A stretch of 4,189 nucleotides of DNA from sequence record JF719740.1; one strand, 5' to 3'. The notes under the pieces were generated by a model, which ran no database searches, was not told the DNA's origin, and saw only the letters and a list, made by a program, of their open reading frames with translations. The stretch comes from Enterobacteria phage SP. Within the stretch, counting starts at the first letter, position 1. Every line of letters begins with the position of its first letter. Of this stretch, positions 1 through 4,189 are shown piece after piece. Both the position numbers and the translations under genes were made by a program.

Positions 1-5
1 AGGAG
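1..5 (+). promoter_or_regulatory. Shine-Dalgarno-like AGGAG upstream of the maturation protein start
   Basis: AGGAG at 1..5, then a 5-nt spacer before ATG at 11..13. The window starts here, so the upstream leader is not visible. Confidence 0.5.
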
Positions 6-10
6 AATCT

Positions 11-1363
11 ATGCCAACCCTTCCGAGAGGTCTTCGCTCCGGATCGAATGGCGAAGTCCTTAATGACTTCGAGGCGCTCTGGTTTCCAGAGCGCCATACC
101 GTAGATCTAAGCAATGGGACCTGCAAGCTCACTGGTTATATCACTAACCTGCCTGGCTACAGTAACATATTCCCTAATAGAGGAGTCACTGTTGCTCGTA
201 CGCCGTACAGAAGTACAGTGCCCGTTAACCATCTTGGTTACAGGCCAGTTACGACTGTTGAGTACATTCCCGACGGAACTTACGTGCGCCTCGATGGGCA
301 CGTGAAATTTGAAGGGGGCTTGGTTAATGGGTCAGTTGATCTCACGAATCTCGTGATCTCGTTAGCTGCTCAGGGTGGCTTCGATTACCAATCGGTAATC
401 GGACCTAGGTTCTCTGCGCGCTTCTCCGCGTTTAGCACCAAATATGGTGTCTTACTCGGAGAAGGGAGAGAGACTCTTAAGTATCTTCTCCTGCTGCTTC
501 GCAGAATGCGTGAAGGGTACCGCGCCGTAAGGCGTGGCGATCTCAAGCGTCTCAGGAATGTGATATGGACGTTCGAGCCGAGTACCGTAAAAGGTAAACG
601 AGCAAGGGCCGAGTTTTCACAGACCTATCGCGACAAGCTTACCGGAAACAAGGTCGAGGTTAGACCGAGTGAAGGTAAGTGGAATAGCAGTAGTGTGAGT
701 GACCTGTGGTTAGAGTTCCGTTATGGGCTGATGCCGTTATTCTACGACATACAGTCCGTTATGGAAGACTTCATGCGTGTTCATAAGAAGATCGCAAAAA
801 TTCAGCGGTTTTCAGCTGGACACGGTAAGCTCGAGACGGTTAGTTCGCGGTTTTACCCGGACGTCCATTTCGGCCTTGAGGTCACTGCAGTGTTACAGCG
901 GCGTCATCGTTGGGGTGTCATATACCAGGATACTGGTTCTTTTGCCACTTTCGACAATGGTCGTCTAGTCCCGGTGAAGGACTGGAAGACAGCGGCGTTT
1001 GCACTCCTTAATCCCGCCGAAGTTGCGTGGGAAGTTACCCCCTACAGCTTCGTGGTGGATTGGTTTGTAAATGTTGGTGATATGCTTGAGCAGATGGGCC
1101 AGCTTTATCGGCACGTCGATGTCGTTGACGGTTTCGACCGGAAAGACATAAAACTCAAATCCGTATCAGTACGCGTGCTAACGAACGACGTTGCGCATGT
1201 TGCTAGCTTTCAGCTGCGACAAGCAAGACTGTTGCATAGTTATTACTCGCGCGTGCATACCGTTGCGTTTCCGCAAATTTCACCACAGCTCGATACTGAG
1301 ATCCGTAGCGTTAAGCACGTAATCGATAGTATCGCCCTATTAACCCAACGCGTTAAGCGTTGA
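11..1363 (+). CDS. A2: Maturation (A2) protein; in Qbeta-like phages also the lysis effector that inhibits MurA
   Basis: 450-aa ORF, ATG at 11 and TGA at 1361..1363. First gene in the levivirus order. The N-terminus MPTLPRGLR..., internal motifs (LWLEFRYGLMPLFYDI, EVAWE.TPYSFVVDWF.NVGD, GQLY...D.VDGFDR.DI.LKS) and the C-terminal LLTQRVKR match my recollection of the Qbeta A2 protein. Confidence 0.92.
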   Translation: MPTLPRGLRSGSNGEVLNDFEALWFPERHTVDLSNGTCKLTGYITNLPGYSNIFPNRGVTVARTPYRSTVPVNHLGYRPVTTVEYIPDGTYVRLDGHVKFEGGLVNGSVDLTNLVISLAAQGGFDYQSVIGPRFSARFSAFSTKYGVLLGEGRETLKYLLLLLRRMREGYRAVRRGDLKRLRNVIWTFEPSTVKGKRARAEFSQTYRDKLTGNKVEVRPSEGKWNSSSVSDLWLEFRYGLMPLFYDIQSVMEDFMRVHKKIAKIQRFSAGHGKLETVSSRFYPDVHFGLEVTAVLQRRHRWGVIYQDTGSFATFDNGRLVPVKDWKTAAFALLNPAEVAWEVTPYSFVVDWFVNVGDMLEQMGQLYRHVDVVDGFDRKDIKLKSVSVRVLTNDVAHVASFQLRQARLLHSYYSRVHTVAFPQISPQLDTEIRSVKHVIDSIALLTQRVKR

Positions 1364-1382
1364 ACTTTGGGTCAATTTGATC

Positions 1383-1781
1383 ATGGCAAAATTAAATCAG
1401 GTAACTCTTTCCGAAATCGGAAAGAATGGGGATCAGACTTTAACTCTTACACCGCGCGGGGTAAACCCGACGAACGGCGTGGCGTCGCTATCTGAAGCTG
1501 GAGCTGTTCCGGCATTAGAGAAGCGCGTAACTGTGTCAGTTGCGCAGCCATCTCGGAACCGTAAGAACTTTAAAGTTCAGATTAAACTCCAAAACCCGAC
1601 TGCATGCACGAAGGACGCATGTGACCCATCTGTGACGCGATCTGCTTTCGCAGACGTAACGCTGTCGTTCACGTCGTATTCTACCGACGAGGAACGTGCG
1701 CTGATTCGCACTGAATTGGCAGCTCTACTGGCGGATCCACTGATTGTCGATGCTATTGACAATCTGAACCCAGCCTACTGA
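1383..1781 (+). CDS. cp: Major coat (capsid) protein
   Basis: ATG at 1383 gives MAKLNQVTLSEIGKNGDQTL...NLNPAY (132 aa plus stop), ending at TGA 1779..1781. It is near-identical in pattern to the allolevivirus coat protein (PRGVNPTNGVASLS.AGAVPALEKRVTVSV.QPSRNRKN.KVQ, STDEERA..RTELAALLA.PL..DAID.LNPAY). The ORF track starts at an in-frame TTG at 1377, but the conserved N-terminus points to ATG 1383 as the real start. Confidence 0.95.
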   Translation: MAKLNQVTLSEIGKNGDQTLTLTPRGVNPTNGVASLSEAGAVPALEKRVTVSVAQPSRNRKNFKVQIKLQNPTACTKDACDPSVTRSAFADVTLSFTSYSTDEERALIRTELAALLADPLIVDAIDNLNPAY

Positions 1782-2378
1782 GCGGCGTTACTGGTAGCCT
1801 CGTCCGGCGGTGGGGATAATCCCTCCGATCCAGACGTCCCGGTTGTCCCAGACGTCAAACCGCCAGACGGTACGGGGCGCTATAAGTGCCCCTTCGCCTG
1901 TTACCGCCTCGGTAGTATTTACGAGGTCGGTAAGGACGGTTCTCCTGACATTTATGAAAGGGGAGACGAAGTCTCAGTCACTTTCGATTACGCTCTCGAG
2001 GATTTCCTTGGGAACACGAATTGGCGTAACTGGGATCAGCGATTATCAGATTATGATATAGCTAATCGTCGTCGTTGCCGTGGCAATGGGTACATCGACC
2101 TAGATGCAACCGCTATGCAGTCTGATGATTTCGTATTGTCAGGCCGCTACGCGGTGCGAAAGGTCAAGTTTCCCGGCGCCTTCGGCTCAATCAAGTATCT
2201 CTTGAACATTCAAGGTGATGCCTGGTTAGACTTATCCGAGGTAACAGCGTACCGTTCCTACGGAATGGTTATTGGTTTCTGGGCAGACTCTAAGAGCCCG
2301 CAGCTACCAACCGATTACACGCAGTTTAACAGTGCGAATTGCCCTGTGCAGACGGTGATAATCATACCCTCACTTTAA
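1383..2378 (+). CDS. A1: A1 read-through protein (coat fused to a C-terminal extension; minor capsid protein)
   Basis: In-frame continuation beyond the coat UGA. The extension begins AALVASSGGGDNPSDPDVPVVPDVKPPDGTGRYKCPF... and carries the conserved block LGNT.WR.WD.RLS......CRGNGYIDLDAT, then KPGAFG.I, then VIGFW, ending ...CPVQTVIIIPSL. This matches the Qbeta A1 read-through domain as I recall it. The ORF-track entry 2115..2378 is the Met-initiated tail of this same frame. Confidence 0.85.
1779..1781 (+). other. Leaky UGA stop codon of the coat gene (programmed read-through site)
   Basis: TGA at 1779..1781 is followed by G (UGA-G). The same frame stays open with no stop from 1782 to TAA at 2376..2378; I translated it codon by codon. 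Confidence 0.8.
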
Positions 2379-2387
2379 GCAACTTAA

Positions 2388-2392
2388 AGGAG
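2388..2392 (+). promoter_or_regulatory. Shine-Dalgarno sequence of the replicase gene
   Basis: AGGAG at 2388..2392 with a 5-nt spacer before ATG 2398. Confidence 0.6.
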
Positions 2393-2393
2393 A

Positions 2394-2413
2394 TAGCATG
2401 CCAAAGACAGCTA
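2394..2413 (+). promoter_or_regulatory. Translational operator hairpin (coat-protein binding site) enclosing the replicase start codon
   Basis: UAGC-A-UGCC AAA GACAGCUA. Pairs are 2394-2413, 2395-2412, 2396-2411, 2397-2410, 2399-2409, 2400-2408 and 2402-2406, with A2398 (the A of the AUG) bulged, one C-A mismatch (2401/2407) and a 3-nt loop AAA. The architecture is the same as the Qbeta operator (8-bp-type stem, bulged A, 3-nt loop) as I recall it. Confidence 0.6.
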
Positions 2414-4128
2414 GTCGCAGAAGAGAAATTACTCAACTATTGGGTAAGGTCGACATCAACTTCGAAGACGACATCCATATGTCTATTGCTAATGACCTCT
2501 TTGAGGCCTACGGCATCCCTAAACTTGATTCGGCGGAGGAGTGCATTAACACCGCATTCCCGAGCCTCGATCAAGGCGTTGACACGTTTCGTGTCGAATA
2601 CTTACGCGCCGAAATCTTATCAAAGTTTGATGGGCACCCTCTCGGTATTGATACCGAAGCGGCTGCATGGGAAAAGTTCCTAGCGGCCGAGGAGGGTTGT
2701 AGACAAACGAACGAACGACTATCGCTAGTTAAGTACCACGATAATTCCATTTTGTCGTGGGGCGAGCGTGTTATTCACACGGCCCGTCGAAAAATACTTA
2801 AACTAATCGGCGAGTCTGTACCGTTCGGGGATGTGGCGTTGCGCTGCCGTTTTTCTGGCGGCGCGACGACCTCGGTTAACCGTTTACACGGTCATCCGTC
2901 GTGGAAGCATGCCTGTCCGCAGGATGTTACCAAACGCGCATTCAAGTACCTGCAAGCCTTTAAGCGGGCCTGTGGTGACGTTGTAGATCTACGCGTCAAC
3001 GAGGTGCGCACTTCAAATAAAGCAGTCACTGTTCCAAAGAACAGTAAAACTGATCGCTGTATTGCTATCGAGCCCGGCTGGAATATGTTTTTCCAGTTAG
3101 GCGTCGGTGCAGTGCTACGCGATAGGTTGCGTTTATGGAAGATTGATCTTAATGACCAATCGACCAATCAACGCCTCGCGCGTGATGGGTCTCTGCTAAA
3201 TCATTTAGCTACCATAGACTTATCTGCAGCCAGCGATTCAATCAGCCTTAAGCTTGTTGAGTTGCTCATGCCCCCTGAATGGTATGACCTTCTAACGGAT
3301 CTCCGATCCGATGAAGGAATACTGCCTGACGGGCGAGTTGTGACCTATGAGAAAATATCCTCCATGGGTAATGGCTACACTTTCGAACTCGAGTCGCTTA
3401 TTTTTGCGGCTATCGCTCGAAGTGTGTGCGAGTTACTGGAAATTGACCAATCTACTGTTAGCGTGTACGGGGATGATATAATCATCGATACCCGTGCCGC
3501 AGCTCCATTAATGGATGTCTTTGAGTACGTCGGGTTCACTCCTAACAGAAAGAAAACGTTCTGCGATGGACCCTTCCGCGAATCGTGCGGTAAGCACTGG
3601 TTCCAAGGGGTAGATGTAACGCCCTTTTACATACGACGACCAATACGTTGCCTAGCCGATATGATACTTGTATTAAATAGTATCTATAGGTGGGGCACTG
3701 TTGATGGCGTATGGGATCCTAGAGCACTGACCGTTTACGAAAAGTATCTTAAACTGCTGCCAAGAAATTGGCGTCGCAATCGGATACCAGACGGCTACGG
3801 AGACGGAGCTCTCGTCGGATTGGCTACGACGAACCCGTTTGTAATAGTTAAGAATTATTCAAGACTATACCCGGTATTAGTTGAAGTCCAGAGGGACGTC
3901 AAGCGCAGCGAGGAGGGTAGTTATTTATATGCCCTCCTACGTGATCGCGAGACACGTTACAGTCCTTTCCTGCGTGACGCAGATAGGACTGGTTTTGATG
4001 AAACGCCGCTAGCTACTAGCCTTCGTCGCAAGACAGGTCGGTACAAAGTGGCGTGGATTCAGGACAGTGCCTTCATCCGGCCCCCGTATTTTATTACGGG
4101 AATTCCCGAGGTGAAGCTCGCAAGCTAG
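2398..4128 (+). CDS. rep: RNA-dependent RNA polymerase (replicase beta subunit)
   Basis: 576-aa ORF, ATG 2398 to TAG 4126..4128. The YGDD catalytic motif (VSVYGDDIIID) is encoded at 3466..3477. Conserved blocks match the Qbeta replicase from memory: CRFSGGATT, HPS.K, NKAVTVPKNSKTDRCIAIEPGWNMFFQLG, NHLATIDLSAASDSISL, VTYEKISSMGNGYTFELESLIFA, FRESCGKH, VDVTPFYIR, YRW...DGVWDPRA. Confidence 0.95.
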   Translation: MPKTASRRREITQLLGKVDINFEDDIHMSIANDLFEAYGIPKLDSAEECINTAFPSLDQGVDTFRVEYLRAEILSKFDGHPLGIDTEAAAWEKFLAAEEGCRQTNERLSLVKYHDNSILSWGERVIHTARRKILKLIGESVPFGDVALRCRFSGGATTSVNRLHGHPSWKHACPQDVTKRAFKYLQAFKRACGDVVDLRVNEVRTSNKAVTVPKNSKTDRCIAIEPGWNMFFQLGVGAVLRDRLRLWKIDLNDQSTNQRLARDGSLLNHLATIDLSAASDSISLKLVELLMPPEWYDLLTDLRSDEGILPDGRVVTYEKISSMGNGYTFELESLIFAAIARSVCELLEIDQSTVSVYGDDIIIDTRAAAPLMDVFEYVGFTPNRKKTFCDGPFRESCGKHWFQGVDVTPFYIRRPIRCLADMILVLNSIYRWGTVDGVWDPRALTVYEKYLKLLPRNWRRNRIPDGYGDGALVGLATTNPFVIVKNYSRLYPVLVEVQRDVKRSEEGSYLYALLRDRETRYSPFLRDADRTGFDETPLATSLRRKTGRYKVAWIQDSAFIRPPYFITGIPEVKLAS

Positions 4129-4142
4129 GCACTAGCTTGTGA
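4118..4142 (+). other. Stable RNA stem-loop spanning the replicase stop codon
   Basis: UCGCAAGCUA (4118..4127) pairs with UAGCUUGUGA (4133..4142): 10 bp including one G-U pair. The loop is GGCAC (4128..4132), or GCA if G4128-C4132 also pair. The UAG stop (4126..4128) sits at the top of the stem. Confidence 0.5.
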
Positions 4143-4189
4143 TGGGAAGGGTGGTCTCTGACCGCCCGAGAGGAGAAAGAAAGAAAACT
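4129..4189 (+). other. 3' untranslated region (apparently incomplete; no CCCA terminus within the window)
   Basis: Non-coding sequence after the replicase stop. It ends in a purine-rich tract GAGAGGAGAAAGAAAGAAAA (4168..4187) rather than the pyrimidine-rich ...CCCA 3' terminus typical of leviviruses. Confidence 0.55.

Noticed and set aside
107-301. Minus-strand ORF of 64 aa
   Set aside because: The window is a plus-strand RNA phage genome, whose minus strand is a replication intermediate and not known to be translated. The ORF is short, lies inside A2 and has no recognisable motifs.
1377-1382. Alternative coat start at TTG 1377, two codons upstream (M-I-MAKL...)
   Set aside because: The coat N-terminus MAKL... 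is conserved from ATG 1383, and the upstream TTG-ATC is identical in sequence to the non-coding spacer I recall in Qbeta. The TTG start is an artefact of ORF calling.
1577-1762. Minus-strand ORF of 61 aa antisense to the coat gene
   Set aside because: Same reasoning: antisense to a highly conserved coat gene in an RNA phage, and of chance length.
1810-2061. Plus-strand 83-aa ORF in the +1 frame inside the A1 extension
   Set aside because: It starts at GTG with no Shine-Dalgarno sequence, has only weakly hydrophobic segments, and lies wholly inside the conserved A1 read-through domain. No evidence of function.
2339-2683. Plus-strand 114-aa ORF overlapping the A1 end and replicase start, the position of the MS2-type lysis gene
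   Set aside because: The track start is a TTG codon, the protein lacks a clear transmembrane helix (rich in Ser, Thr and Arg), and alloleviviruses are not known to encode an L gene here. It is most likely the chance open +1 frame of the replicase 5' region.
2892-3167. Minus-strand ORF of 91 aa antisense to the replicase
   Set aside because: Antisense to the replicase in a plus-strand RNA genome, with no start context or conserved features; most likely a chance ORF.
4153-4173. Small hairpins in the 3' UTR (GGUC-UCU-GACC at 4153..4163; CUCU/AGAG around 4156..4172)
   Set aside because: The stems are only 4 bp and mutually exclusive, which is too weak to call without folding software. They are probably part of a larger terminal structure whose partner sequence lies outside the window.
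1-4189. Possibility of a novel defence, CRISPR or mobile-element system in the window
   Set aside because: The four overlapping or adjacent levivirus genes account for essentially the whole window. There are no direct repeats, spacer arrays, integrase or transposase genes or tRNA genes, and no unexplained intergenic space beyond the two 19-nt gaps and the 61-nt 3' UTR.

Overview
The whole window reads as the cDNA (plus-sense) copy of a near-complete single-stranded RNA bacteriophage genome of the Qbeta-like (allolevivirus / Qubevirus-type, family Fiersviridae/Leviviridae) kind. All coding is on the + strand in the canonical order: maturation/lysis protein A2 (11..1363), coat protein (1383..1781), the A1 minor capsid protein made by read-through of the coat UGA stop (1383..2378), and the RNA-dependent RNA polymerase beta subunit (2398..4128, with a YGDD motif). 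The predicted proteins match Qbeta-group proteins as I recall them, the coat most closely resembling SP/FI-type phages, so I regard this as a known type of system rather than a new one. Points worth a second look are the leaky UGA stop and its context, a conserved replicase operator hairpin with a bulged start-codon A, the absence of a dedicated lysis gene, a strong stem-loop over the replicase stop codon, and termini that appear truncated at both ends. Minus-strand ORFs are not credible for a plus-strand RNA phage. Nothing here was checked against a database; all homology statements are from memory.
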